Shown in pieces: positions 30,016-39,283 of a stretch of 64,000 nt of DNA. Origin of the DNA: Gemmatimonadales bacterium (GTDB lineage: Bacteria > Gemmatimonadota > Gemmatimonadetes > Gemmatimonadales > GWC2-71-9); the NCBI GenBank assembly GCA_037189525.1, contig JBBCJC010000003.1:480001-544000 (forward strand), written 5' to 3'. Every line of letters starts with the position of its first letter. Position 1 is the first letter of the stretch. Position numbers and translations under genes: made by a program. Under the pieces are notes generated by a model that did not search any database, was not told the origin of the DNA, and saw only the letters and a list, made by a program, of their open reading frames with translations.

Positions 30016-31032
30016 ATGAATCCACTTCGCGTCGAAGTCACCCGGGGTTCCCTGGTCGAGTCGGTGCATCAGGTGTCTGCTGCGGTCGTGACGGCCGATG
30101 ATGAACTGGTCGCCGCGGCGGGCAATCCCGATCTGATCACATTCTGGCGGTCCGCCGCCAAGCCTTTCCAAGCCATGCCGCTGATCGAGGACGGGGTCGC
30201 CGAGCGATTCGGTCTGACCGATGACGAACTCGCGCTGGCGTGCGCCTCGCATTCGAGCGAACCGTTCCATCTCGAGGGGGTCGATCGGTTCCTGGCCAAG
30301 GTCGGGGTCGAGGAGCGCGACCTGGCCTGCGGTCCGCACCCGCCGTTGTCGGCGGAGGTGGCCCGAGCCGTGACCCGGGACGGCATCGTGATGACCCCCC
30401 GGTGGAGCAACTGCTCGGGGAAGCACACCGGGATGCTCGCGACGGCCAAACATCACGGCTGGCCGCTGGCCGGATACGAACGCGCCGGGCATCCGCTCCA
30501 GGATCGGTTGCTCGACTCGGCCGCCCACTGGAGCGGCCTGGGCCGGGACCAGATCGTTCTGGGCGTCGACGGGTGCACCACGGTCTGTTACGGGATGCCA
30601 CTCCGCGCCATGGCGCTGGCCTATGCCCGCTTTGCCGTGGCCGAGGAGGATGCCCCGCGCCGGTTGTATCGGGCAATGACCGAGCATCCGGAACTGGTGG
30701 CGGGCACCAATCGCCTGTGCACCGATCTGATGCGCGCTTGGGAAGGGGCGATAGTGGCCAAGGTCGGGGCGGAAGGGGTCTACAGCGCCGCCGTGCCCAG
30801 CTTGCGGTTAGGCATCGCCATCAAGGTGATGGACGGCGACCTTCGCTCCGTCGGGATTGCGCTGATTGCCGTCCTTCGGCAAATCCTCGAGCGGAGTCCG
30901 CGCTACGATGCGGCCGAGGAAGCGCGTCTGGCCTCGCTCGCGGGCCATGCGGAGCCAGTGGTCCGGCATACCCGGGGCGGGGTCGTGGGCGCGCTTCGCG
31001 GGGCGGGCGAACTACAGTTTTTCCGCACCTGA
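30016..31032 (+). CDS. Asparaginase, Rhizobium etli type (AnsA / class 3)
   Basis: RSAAKPFQA, ACASHSSE, NCSGKH, DGC and AKVGAEG motifs. Start is ATG 30016 or ATG 30001. Confidence 0.88.
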   Translation: MNPLRVEVTRGSLVESVHQVSAAVVTADDELVAAAGNPDLITFWRSAAKPFQAMPLIEDGVAERFGLTDDELALACASHSSEPFHLEGVDRFLAKVGVEERDLACGPHPPLSAEVARAVTRDGIVMTPRWSNCSGKHTGMLATAKHHGWPLAGYERAGHPLQDRLLDSAAHWSGLGRDQIVLGVDGCTTVCYGMPLRAMALAYARFAVAEEDAPRRLYRAMTEHPELVAGTNRLCTDLMRAWEGAIVAKVGAEGVYSAAVPSLRLGIAIKVMDGDLRSVGIALIAVLRQILERSPRYDAAEEARLASLAGHAEPVVRHTRGGVVGALRGAGELQFFRT

Positions 31033-31075
31033 TGCGCATCGAATCGGTACGGCGTTTGTCGATGGGCCAACTATC

Positions 31076-31711
31076 ATGAGCGCACTCGACCTGAGGACTC
31101 GCGCCTTCGTCGACCTGGCGGCGGCCGTAGCGGTCGGTGACGATACCCTCCTTCGGATCCACGCCGACCGGGCCGTGGAGGCTGGAGTGCCGGTCCTGTG
31201 GGGCGACGAACTGGTGCTCCAGTCGGTGCTGATGGTGGGCTATCCGCGCGCGCTGGTCGCGGCGGCGGTCTGGCGCGCGGTAACCGGGCAGCCGGCCGCG
31301 TTCGAAGAGGCGGGAGAGGATTTTTCTCAGCTGCCCCTCTGGGCAGAACGGGGAGAGCGGACCTGCCGGACCATCTACGGCGTCAACTACGACAAGTTGC
31401 GCCGCAACGTCCGCGAGCTGCATCCGTCGCTGGATGCCTGGATGGTGATGGAAGGGTACGGTCGCACCCTGTCGCGGCCCGGGCTCGATCTGGTGCAGCG
31501 CGAGTTGGGCGTGGTAGCGCAGGTGCTCGTGCTCGGTGCGGAGCGGCAGTTGCACTCCCATTTGCGCGGGGCGCGCCATGCCGGGGCGACCGACACCATG
31601 CTCGACGAGGTAATGGCGCTGGCCGGTGCGCAGGCAGCGCCGGAAGCGTATCGGAAGGGGCTGGCGCTCTGGGAGCGGATTCGCGGAACGCAGGAGACGG
31701 GGCAGGGGTGA
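31076..31711 (+). CDS. Carboxymuconolactone decarboxylase (CMD/AhpD-like) family protein
   Basis: ELVLQSVLMVGYPRAL, YGRTLSRPGLD and QLHSHLRGARHAGA repeats; no CxxC. Confidence 0.75.
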   Translation: MSALDLRTRAFVDLAAAVAVGDDTLLRIHADRAVEAGVPVLWGDELVLQSVLMVGYPRALVAAAVWRAVTGQPAAFEEAGEDFSQLPLWAERGERTCRTIYGVNYDKLRRNVRELHPSLDAWMVMEGYGRTLSRPGLDLVQRELGVVAQVLVLGAERQLHSHLRGARHAGATDTMLDEVMALAGAQAAPEAYRKGLALWERIRGTQETGQG

Positions 31712-31712
31712 G

Positions 31713-32762
31713 ATGAATTTTGTCGATCGGGTGGAAGTCCAGGTGGCCGGTGGCGCCGGCGGGTCGGGCGTCGCGTCCTTTGCGCGCTTCAAGTACGTGC
31801 CCAAAGGCGGGCCGGACGGGGGCGACGGCGGCCATGGCGGTAACGTCGTGGTTCGGGCGGATGCGAACCTGGCGACGCTGCTCGACTACCGCTACCGGAA
31901 CCTCTGGAAAGCCCCGAGCGGCCAGAACGGCAAGGGCAAAAACATGACCGGCGCCACGGGCGATGACATCGTCCTGCCGGTGCCGCCCGGGACCGTGATT
32001 CGCGACCAGCGGTCGGGTGACGTAATCGGCGAAGTGATGCGCCACGGTGAGTCGGTGCGAGTGGCTCGGGGCGGACGGGGCGGACGGGGGAATACCCGCT
32101 TTGCTACCTCGACCCATCAGGCGCCGCGCGAGTTCGAGCCGGGCCAGCCGGGAGAAGAGCGCCAGCTCGAACTGGAACTCAAACTGATTGCCGACGTCGG
32201 CCTGGTGGGCGAGCCCAATGCCGGGAAGAGCACGCTCCTGTCAGTGGTGTCGGCGGCGCGTCCCAAGATCGCCGACTATCCGTTTACCACGCTCGAACCG
32301 AATCTCGGTGTGGTCTCGATGGGCGACAGCCGCACCTTCGTGGTGGCCGATATTCCCGGCATCATCGAAGGGGCTCACGTCGGCAAGGGGCTCGGCCTCC
32401 AGTTCCTCCGCCATGTCGAGCGAACCCGGGTGCTGGCCTTCCTGGTGCCGCTCGATGCCGAAGATCCGCAAGCGGTGTACGACCGGCTGCGGCGGGAAAT
32501 CGCGGCCTACAGCGAACCGCTCTTTCACAAACGCCACGTGGTGGTGCTCTCGAAGAGCGACGTGCATGCGCCCTATCAGCCGCTCCCAACGCTCGATGCC
32601 CCGGATGCCGCCGGCGTGGTGGCCATTTCCGCGGCAGCCGGGCACGGGCTCGATGAACTCAAGCGGCTCTTGTGGCAGCTGATCCAGCTGGCCAAGGCGG
32701 AGGATCCGGATGTCGCCCTCGAGGCCGATGGCGAGGAGGTGCGCGATGACGATATCCTCTGA
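31713..32762 (+). CDS. obgE: GTPase ObgE/CgtA
   Basis: Gly-rich Obg fold (GGPDGGDGG), ADVGLVGEPNAGKST, IADYPFTTLEPNLG and DIPG. Confidence 0.97.
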   Translation: MNFVDRVEVQVAGGAGGSGVASFARFKYVPKGGPDGGDGGHGGNVVVRADANLATLLDYRYRNLWKAPSGQNGKGKNMTGATGDDIVLPVPPGTVIRDQRSGDVIGEVMRHGESVRVARGGRGGRGNTRFATSTHQAPREFEPGQPGEERQLELELKLIADVGLVGEPNAGKSTLLSVVSAARPKIADYPFTTLEPNLGVVSMGDSRTFVVADIPGIIEGAHVGKGLGLQFLRHVERTRVLAFLVPLDAEDPQAVYDRLRREIAAYSEPLFHKRHVVVLSKSDVHAPYQPLPTLDAPDAAGVVAISAAAGHGLDELKRLLWQLIQLAKAEDPDVALEADGEEVRDDDIL

Positions 32763-33855
32763 CGAGCGGCGTGCCTATCTGGCGCTGGCCCTCGTGCCAG
32801 GGGTCGGAACGGCACGACTCGACACACTCAGATCCGCCTGCGGATCCTGGATCGGCGCCCTCGAGGCGCCGATTGCGTTTTTATGCACCATCCCCACGAT
32901 ATCGCTTGCCGTTGCCACGGCCATTGCGCAGCGCGACCGTGGGGCAGTCGATCGCCTGGAGCAGGCCCTGCATCGGCTGAGTGGTTTTCATCTGATGCCG
33001 TTCGATCAGGACTATCCGGCTCTGTTCCGACACATCGACGAACCGCCGTCGCTCCTCTTCGGTTTGGGTCGCCGGGAATGGCTCGATCAGCCGTCGGTCG
33101 CGGTCGTCGGGAGCCGGCATCCGACCTCGTATGGCATCGAGGTCACGGCGTCGCTCGCTGCCGGGCTGGCGCAAGCCGGTCTCGTCGTCGTGAGCGGAAT
33201 GGCGCGGGGGCTGGATGCGGTGGCGCACTGGGCTGCCGTCCGCAACGGTGGCCGCACCATTGGTGTACTCGGCAACGGACTCGGCGTGATCTACCCCGCG
33301 GCCAATGCGGCCCTCTACCAACGGGTGGGAGAAGAGGGGCTGCTACTCACCGAGTTTCCTCCGGGCGAACGGCCGCATGCCGGATCATTTCCTCGTCGCA
33401 ATCGCCTGATCAGCGGTCTGGCGCGGGTCACGGTCGTGGTCGAGGCCGCCGAGCGATCGGGCACCTTGCGAACCGCATCTGCTGCACTCGACCAGGGGCG
33501 TGAGGTGTTGGCGGTGCCCGGTCCGATCACGAGCCGCACCAGCGTTGGTACTAATCAGCTGCTCCGGGCCTCCGGAGCTGCGCCGTGCCTGCAACTCGAG
33601 GACATACTGGAATTCTTTCCCGAGGTTGCGGCGTCGACCAGGCTGCGCTCAGGAGGCGCTTCGCCGGCCGGCGCCGAAGCGCTGCGAGCTGACCTCCGCC
33701 GGGTGTTCGAAGCGCTCGATGGCGCCGTACGGAGCGTCGACGGCCTGGCGGATGAACTCCGCCTCGATCCGGCGACGGTACTCCGCGCGGCATCGGAACT
33801 GGAGATTGCCGGGTTGGCCGAAGGCGGGGCAGGCGGGTTTCGGCGCGCCCGGTAG
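32746..33855 (+). CDS. dprA: DNA-processing protein DprA
   Basis: AVVGSR, VSGMARGLDAVAH, FPRRNRLISGL, VVEAAERSG and AVPG; C-terminal winged helix. Confidence 0.95.
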   Translation: MTISSDERRAYLALALVPGVGTARLDTLRSACGSWIGALEAPIAFLCTIPTISLAVATAIAQRDRGAVDRLEQALHRLSGFHLMPFDQDYPALFRHIDEPPSLLFGLGRREWLDQPSVAVVGSRHPTSYGIEVTASLAAGLAQAGLVVVSGMARGLDAVAHWAAVRNGGRTIGVLGNGLGVIYPAANAALYQRVGEEGLLLTEFPPGERPHAGSFPRRNRLISGLARVTVVVEAAERSGTLRTASAALDQGREVLAVPGPITSRTSVGTNQLLRASGAAPCLQLEDILEFFPEVAASTRLRSGGASPAGAEALRADLRRVFEALDGAVRSVDGLADELRLDPATVLRAASELEIAGLAEGGAGGFRRAR

Positions 33856-33876
33856 TCTTGAGGCGTCCGGTCCGAC

Positions 33877-34995
33877 ATGTTTCGGCCCGTGCATCTCTAC
33901 GTCCACGTTCCGTTCTGTGCTCGCCGCTGCTCGTATTGCGATTTCTCGATCGCCGTGGGGCCGCGGGTGCCGTCGAGCGAGTTTGCCGATCTGATCCGGG
34001 CGGAGTGGCGTCGCTGGCTGGACGCGCCGTGGTGGAGTGAGGCCGGGGCCATCGAAACGATCTATTTCGGCGGCGGAACGCCTTCGCAGATCGAGCCGGA
34101 CGCTATAACCTCCATCGTCGACGCGATTCGTCGCGACCGTCGCGTGGCCGATGACGCCGAACTGACGATCGAAGCCAATCCCGAGGACGTCACACCGGCC
34201 CGCGCCGAAGCGTGGGTCAAAGCCGGCATCAATCGAGTCTCGCTCGGTGTGCAGTCGTTCGACCCGGCCGTGCTGGCATGGATGCACCGGGTTCACGATG
34301 CCGATCGTCCGGCAGAGGCGGTAGGTGCGCTGCGAGCGGCCGGGCTCGGCAACATTTCGGTCGACCTGATCTACGCCGTTCCCGATGCCCTGAACCGTGA
34401 TTGGGCCCGTGACATCGACCTCGCCATTGCCCTCGACCCGAACCACCTGTCGTTGTACGGCTTGACGGTCGAAGCGCAGACCCCGCTGGCCCGCTGGGTG
34501 GAACGCGGCTCATCGGTTCCGGCACCCGATACTCGCGCCGAGTCCGAGTACCTGGCCGCGAGCGAACGGCTGGCCAGCGCCGGGTTTCGCCATTACGAAG
34601 TGTCCAACGCCGCCCGTCCCGGGTTCGAATCCCGCCACAACCGCGCCTATTGGAGGCGGGCTCCCTATCTGGGTCTCGGGCCCTCGGCGCACAGTGCCGT
34701 CGGGCATCACCGCTGGTGGAACCTTCGCGACTGGGAGGCGTATCGCCGGGCCGGGTCGGAGGGCGACGAGTTGGTGGCCGGAAATGAGCACCTCACCCCC
34801 GACCAGGTCCGTCTCGAGGATCTTTACCTCGGTTTGAGGACCGACAGTGGGATTCCGGCATCATCCCTGCCTCTCATGGAGTTGGAAGCCTGGGAAACTG
34901 CCGGATGGGCCGGTCGAGTTGGCAGTTCCCTGGTCCTGACGCCCTTGGGCTGGCTGCGACTCGACGCCTTGGTAAGTCGGGTCGCTCGATCCTAA
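33877..34995 (+). CDS. hemW: Radical SAM heme chaperone HemW
   Basis: LYVHVPFCARRCSYCDF, YFGGGTPS, YEVSN and HNRAYW; lies upstream of hrcA. Confidence 0.92.
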   Translation: MFRPVHLYVHVPFCARRCSYCDFSIAVGPRVPSSEFADLIRAEWRRWLDAPWWSEAGAIETIYFGGGTPSQIEPDAITSIVDAIRRDRRVADDAELTIEANPEDVTPARAEAWVKAGINRVSLGVQSFDPAVLAWMHRVHDADRPAEAVGALRAAGLGNISVDLIYAVPDALNRDWARDIDLAIALDPNHLSLYGLTVEAQTPLARWVERGSSVPAPDTRAESEYLAASERLASAGFRHYEVSNAARPGFESRHNRAYWRRAPYLGLGPSAHSAVGHHRWWNLRDWEAYRRAGSEGDELVAGNEHLTPDQVRLEDLYLGLRTDSGIPASSLPLMELEAWETAGWAGRVGSSLVLTPLGWLRLDALVSRVARS

Positions 34996-35004
34996 ATTAC
35001 GGTA

Positions 35005-36048
35005 ATGTCGAGACTTGACGAGCTTTCCGAGCGCGAAGCCCGGATCCTGGATACCATCATCCAGCTGTACGTAGAGCATGCCGAACCGGCCGGAAGTCAG
35101 GCCGTGGCGGTCCGCTCCGAGCTCGGCGTCTCGTCGGCGACGGTGCGGAACACGATGGGCGACCTCGAAGCCCGTGGATACCTGTTCCATCCCCATACCT
35201 CGAGCGGGCGGGTCCCGACCGACCTGGCGTACCGGGTCTACGTCGACCGACTTATGCGGCACGCGCCTCCGAGCGAAGCGGCGGTCGAACGGCTCAAGAC
35301 CGAGGTCGGGGCCGTGAGCGTGGGCGGCGGGCCGATCGAAGAGATCCTGCGCCGGGCCGCCCAAGTCCTCGGTGTGCTGACTCAGGAGCTGGGGGTAGCC
35401 GTGGCGCCAGCGCTCGATCGGGCCATCCTGGAACGGTTGGAAATCGTCCGGGTCAGTTCGGAGCGCCTGCTGGTGGTGCTGACCCTCGAAAGCGGGTTCG
35501 TCCGCACCATCTTCGTCGAAGTGCCGACCGCAGTGGCTCCCGAGGTGGTCGAGCACGTGACCCGAATTCTCAACGAGCGCCTGGCCGGTTTGCCGCTCCG
35601 GGAAATTCGGGCCTCGGTGCACGAACGGCTGCGGGATGCGGACGGAACCGGACGTGCCGCCGGCCTGCTCAATGTCTTCGTCGCGCAGCGGGAAGGCGTC
35701 TTCGATGCCGAGCCCAACGACAGCGTGCTGCTCGGCAGTGCGCAGCTGCTGGCTGAGCAGCCTGAGTTTGCCTCCAACGAGCGGATGCGCGCTTTGCTGG
35801 AATTGACCGAGCGGCGCGACCTGCTGCGCGATGCCTTCGAGGCCCATCGCCGCCGTGGGGTGCGAATTACCATCGGGGCAGAGAATGACGATCCCCGATT
35901 GGCGGGGCTGACGGTGGTCACGGCGACCTACCGTCGGGGCGACCTGACCGGCGTGGTCGGGGTCCTGGGCCCGACACGAATGCCGTATGACAAGATCATC
36001 GGACTGGTGGATCATACCAGCCGATTGGTGGAAGGATTGTTGACGTGA
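35005..36048 (+). CDS. hrcA: Heat-inducible transcription repressor HrcA
   Basis: [33 protein letters not shown] and [10 protein letters not shown]. Confidence 0.96.
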   Translation: MSRLDELSEREARILDTIIQLYVEHAEPAGSQAVAVRSELGVSSATVRNTMGDLEARGYLFHPHTSSGRVPTDLAYRVYVDRLMRHAPPSEAAVERLKTEVGAVSVGGGPIEEILRRAAQVLGVLTQELGVAVAPALDRAILERLEIVRVSSERLLVVLTLESGFVRTIFVEVPTAVAPEVVEHVTRILNERLAGLPLREIRASVHERLRDADGTGRAAGLLNVFVAQREGVFDAEPNDSVLLGSAQLLAEQPEFASNERMRALLELTERRDLLRDAFEAHRRRGVRITIGAENDDPRLAGLTVVTATYRRGDLTGVVGVLGPTRMPYDKIIGLVDHTSRLVEGLLT

Positions 36049-37184
36049 GCGAGTACTACGACCTGCTGGGCGTTGCCCGGGATGCCTCGGACGACGACAT
36101 CAAGAAGGCCTACCGCAAGGCGGCCATGCAGTATCACCCGGATCGCAACCGGGAGGCCGACGCCGAGGCGAAGTTCAAGGAGATCGCCGAGGCGTATGAG
36201 GTCCTTCGCGACCCGCAGAAGCGGGCGGCGTACGATCGCTATGGCAAAGCCGGCGTCAATGGGCGTTCCGGGATGGGCAATGCCGGATTTGGCCACATCG
36301 ATCTCAACGAAGCGCTCAACATCTTCATGCGGGACCTGGGCGGCTTTGGCGGGTTCGAGCAGATGTTCGGCGGCGGTCGGGGCGATCCCTCCGAAGCCAA
36401 ACGGGGCCAGGACATGCGGGTCACCGTCCGGCTCACCCTGGCCGAAGTGGCGACCGGGGCCAAGCGCACCGTCAAACTCAAGACCTACGTCAGCTGCACC
36501 AACTGCGCAGGAAGCGGCGGCGCCAAAGGCACTCGGCCGTCGCGCTGCGGCACCTGCGGCGGCTCGGGCGAGGTCCGGCGCGCGGCCCGCAGCATGTTCG
36601 GCCAGTTCATCCAGGTGGCGCCGTGTCCGACCTGTAACGGTGAAGGCGCCGTGATCACCGATCCGTGCGAGGTCTGCCGCGGCGAAGGACGGGTGCGCGG
36701 CGAGCGGACCGTGTCGGTCGACGTGCCGCCCGGGGTCTCGAGCAACAACTACATCACCTTGCGCGGCCAGGGAGCCGTAGGGCCTCGCGGGGGACCGGCC
36801 GGCGACCTCCTGGTCCTGATCGAAGTGAAGGACGACGACCGGTTCGAGCGCCAGGGTGACGATCTGTTCTACGACTTGTCGCTCTCGTTCTCACAAGCTG
36901 CGCTGGGTGCATCGGTGGTGGTGCCCACGCCCTACGGCGAGGAAAAGGTGACGGTGCCGTCCGGCATCCAGGCCGGTACCGTCCTCCGCCTGAAGGGCAA
37001 AGGGCTGCCTCGGCTGGGGCAGGGCAGCACTGGTGATCTCAACGTTCGGGTCTCGATCTGGACTCCCGACAACTTGAGCGATGAGCAGCGCCGCCTCTTC
37101 GAAGAACTGGCCGCCATCGAGGGCGATCCGCCCCGCGCCTCCACCGGCTTCTGGTCCAAGCTCAAAGAAGCGCTCGGCGCATGA
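36045..37184 (+). CDS. dnaJ: Chaperone DnaJ
   Basis: J domain with HPD, G/F region and four CxxCxGxG repeats. Confidence 0.97.
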   Translation: MSEYYDLLGVARDASDDDIKKAYRKAAMQYHPDRNREADAEAKFKEIAEAYEVLRDPQKRAAYDRYGKAGVNGRSGMGNAGFGHIDLNEALNIFMRDLGGFGGFEQMFGGGRGDPSEAKRGQDMRVTVRLTLAEVATGAKRTVKLKTYVSCTNCAGSGGAKGTRPSRCGTCGGSGEVRRAARSMFGQFIQVAPCPTCNGEGAVITDPCEVCRGEGRVRGERTVSVDVPPGVSSNNYITLRGQGAVGPRGGPAGDLLVLIEVKDDDRFERQGDDLFYDLSLSFSQAALGASVVVPTPYGEEKVTVPSGIQAGTVLRLKGKGLPRLGQGSTGDLNVRVSIWTPDNLSDEQRRLFEELAAIEGDPPRASTGFWSKLKEALGA

Positions 37185-38005
37185 GTTGGTGGCTGATCGA
37201 GGTCAGCGCACCGAGCGGCGATGCGGAGTCGGTGGCCCGGGCGCTGGTCGAACTGAGCGGTCAGGCCGTCGAAGAACGAGATGGCCGCGTGCTAGGCTAC
37301 GCCGCCGATCGCGAGGCGGCGCTGGCAGTCGAAGGTTCGATGCGCGATCGTTTCGGAACCCGGGTCGAGATCAAACTCGGCCCCGTGGGCGAGGCGGATT
37401 GGGCTACGGCATGGCGCGAGGGCCTGTCCGTCCGTACCGTCGGGCGCCTCAGATTGGGACCTTCCTGGTTATTGGAGCCGGCGCCGGATGCCATCGTGAT
37501 CGACCCCGAAACGGCATTCGGGAGCGGAGAACATGGCTCGACGCGGGGCGCGCTCGCGCTCCTGGAGCGCCACCTGGCGCCCGGCGGTACCGTGCTCGAT
37601 CTGGGTAGCGGAAGCGGCATTCTCACCATCGCCGCCCGGAAGCTTGGTGCGGAGACGGCCCTGGGCATCGAAGTCGACGAGGAAGCCACTCCGGTGGCCG
37701 AGGTCAATGCGGAGCGGAACCAGGTCGGCGAGCGGGTCCGCTTCGTGACCGGTGATGCAGCCGCGCTTGCTCCGCTGGCGGGTCCGGCCTCCGTCGTCGT
37801 CTCCAACATCCTTCGCAACGTCAACGAGACGCTGCTCGAGCCGATTGCCGCCGCGCTCGCTCCCGGCGGTCTGGCCATCTTTGCCGGAATGGAAACACCC
37901 GAAGCGGATCTCTTCCGGCCGGTGCTGATCGAAGCGGGATGGGCCATCGTCGACGAGGTGATCGACGAAGGCTGGTGGTCGGTAGCTGCGCGTCGCCGGG
38001 TCTGA
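37181..38005 (+). CDS. prmA: Ribosomal protein L11 methyltransferase
   Basis: [15 protein letters not shown] and [10 protein letters not shown]; dnaJ-prmA-rsmE synteny. Confidence 0.9.
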   Translation: MSWWLIEVSAPSGDAESVARALVELSGQAVEERDGRVLGYAADREAALAVEGSMRDRFGTRVEIKLGPVGEADWATAWREGLSVRTVGRLRLGPSWLLEPAPDAIVIDPETAFGSGEHGSTRGALALLERHLAPGGTVLDLGSGSGILTIAARKLGAETALGIEVDEEATPVAEVNAERNQVGERVRFVTGDAAALAPLAGPASVVVSNILRNVNETLLEPIAAALAPGGLAIFAGMETPEADLFRPVLIEAGWAIVDEVIDEGWWSVAARRRV

Positions 38006-38008
38006 GCG

Positions 38009-38719
38009 GTGCATCGGATCGTCGTTCCCGGCCCCTTCGAGGTAGCAACCCGGCTCGAACTGCCGGCCGAGGAACGGCACCATCTCGAAGTACGACGGGC
38101 CAAGGCGGGCGAGGCGGTCGAACTGCTCGACGGCGCGGGTCTCGTCGGCCAAGGGGTCTTGGTCGCCGATGGTCGCAGCTGGGCGGTCGAGCTTACCAGC
38201 GTGGTGCGGCGGGTTCCGCTGCCGAATCTCTCACTTCTCGTCGGGGCCGGCGACCGGGATCGCTTTACCTGGCTGGTCGAGAAGGCCGTCGAACTCGGCG
38301 TTACCCGACTCACGCCGCTCGAAACCGTCCGCAGCCGGAACGTGGCCACGCGGATCCGTGCCGATCATCGTGACAAACTCGAACGTCGCGCACTCGAGGC
38401 GCTGAAGCAGAGCGGGGGGGCGTGGACGCTGGAGTTGGCGCCCCCGACGCCGATAGCCGATGCTGCGGCTCGAACAACCGAGCCGGTGCGTTGGCTGGCC
38501 GATCCGGCAGGCCGATCGCCCGATGCGATCGGACCGGACACCCCGATTGCCATCGCGGTCGGGCCGGAAGGGGGCTTCGTCGAGGACGAACGTGACCTGC
38601 TGATTCGGCACGGGTTCGTCCCCGTGCGTTTCGGGCCCCGGGTACTTCGATTCGAAACGGCGGCATTGGCGGCGGCCGCCATTGCAGGTGTGCTCAGAAA
38701 GGAAGGGAATCAAGAATGA
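38009..38719 (+). CDS. rsmE: 16S rRNA m3U1498 methyltransferase
   Basis: EKAVELGV, EALKQS, VGPEGGF and GPRVLRFETA. Confidence 0.93.
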   Translation: MHRIVVPGPFEVATRLELPAEERHHLEVRRAKAGEAVELLDGAGLVGQGVLVADGRSWAVELTSVVRRVPLPNLSLLVGAGDRDRFTWLVEKAVELGVTRLTPLETVRSRNVATRIRADHRDKLERRALEALKQSGGAWTLELAPPTPIADAAARTTEPVRWLADPAGRSPDAIGPDTPIAIAVGPEGGFVEDERDLLIRHGFVPVRFGPRVLRFETAALAAAAIAGVLRKEGNQE

Positions 38720-39063
38720 CGGATTGCATCTTCTGTCGCATCGTGTCCGGGGAGATTCCGGCCGCCGTGGTGGCCAGAAACGACCATGCCGTCGCATTTC
38801 GAGACCTCAACCCCCAGGCGCCGGTCCATATTCTGGTCATCCCGACCCAGCATATCGCCAGCATGGTGGATGCGGATTCCGACAGCGCGGAACTGGCTGT
38901 TGGCCGTGCCGTTCGCCTGGCCACCCAGGTTGCCAAGGCGGAAGGGCTCGAGGATGGAGGCTACCGTCTGGTGATCAATACCGGGCGCGACGGCGGCCAG
39001 TCGGTCTGGCATGTCCACGTCCATCTCCTCGCCGGGCGGCGCTTGGGCTGGCCTCCGGGTTGA
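38716..39063 (+). CDS. hinT: Histidine triad nucleotide-binding protein (HinT)
   Basis: DCIFCRI, AFRDLNPQAPVHILVIP, HVHVH and WPPG. Confidence 0.92.
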   Translation: MTDCIFCRIVSGEIPAAVVARNDHAVAFRDLNPQAPVHILVIPTQHIASMVDADSDSAELAVGRAVRLATQVAKAEGLEDGGYRLVINTGRDGGQSVWHVHVHLLAGRRLGWPPG

Positions 39064-39069
39064 GGCTGC

Positions 39070-39098
39070 TTGTCCCCTTTCCGCCGGTCACATAAATT
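39070..39098 (+). promoter_or_regulatory. Sigma70-type promoter
   Basis: TTGTCC-N17-TAAATT immediately after the hinT stop. Confidence 0.65.
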
Positions 39099-39104
39099 GG
39101 CTGG

Positions 39105-39283
39105 AGACAATGAGTTCCCGCAGCAACCCGGGCCCCGGTGTCGCTGCGGCTCCCTTGGTGCCGTCAACCCGAGAAACCTGGTGTCAGTCGAAGAGCTCCC
39201 GGATACAAAGCATGATGGTGATGGGCTCCGGGCAGGATAAGAGCGGGGTGCAGGCGCGAAGCGCTAGCACCCCGCTCCCTTTT
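39105..39283 (+). ncRNA. Structured RNA, candidate 6S (SsrS)-like RNA or cis-acting leader of mutS2
   Basis: Nested pairings 39117-121/39243-247, 39127-135/39223-232, 39139-147/39210-218 and 39158-163/39200-206, with G-U pairs that work only on the + strand; bounded by a promoter and a terminator. Confidence 0.5.
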
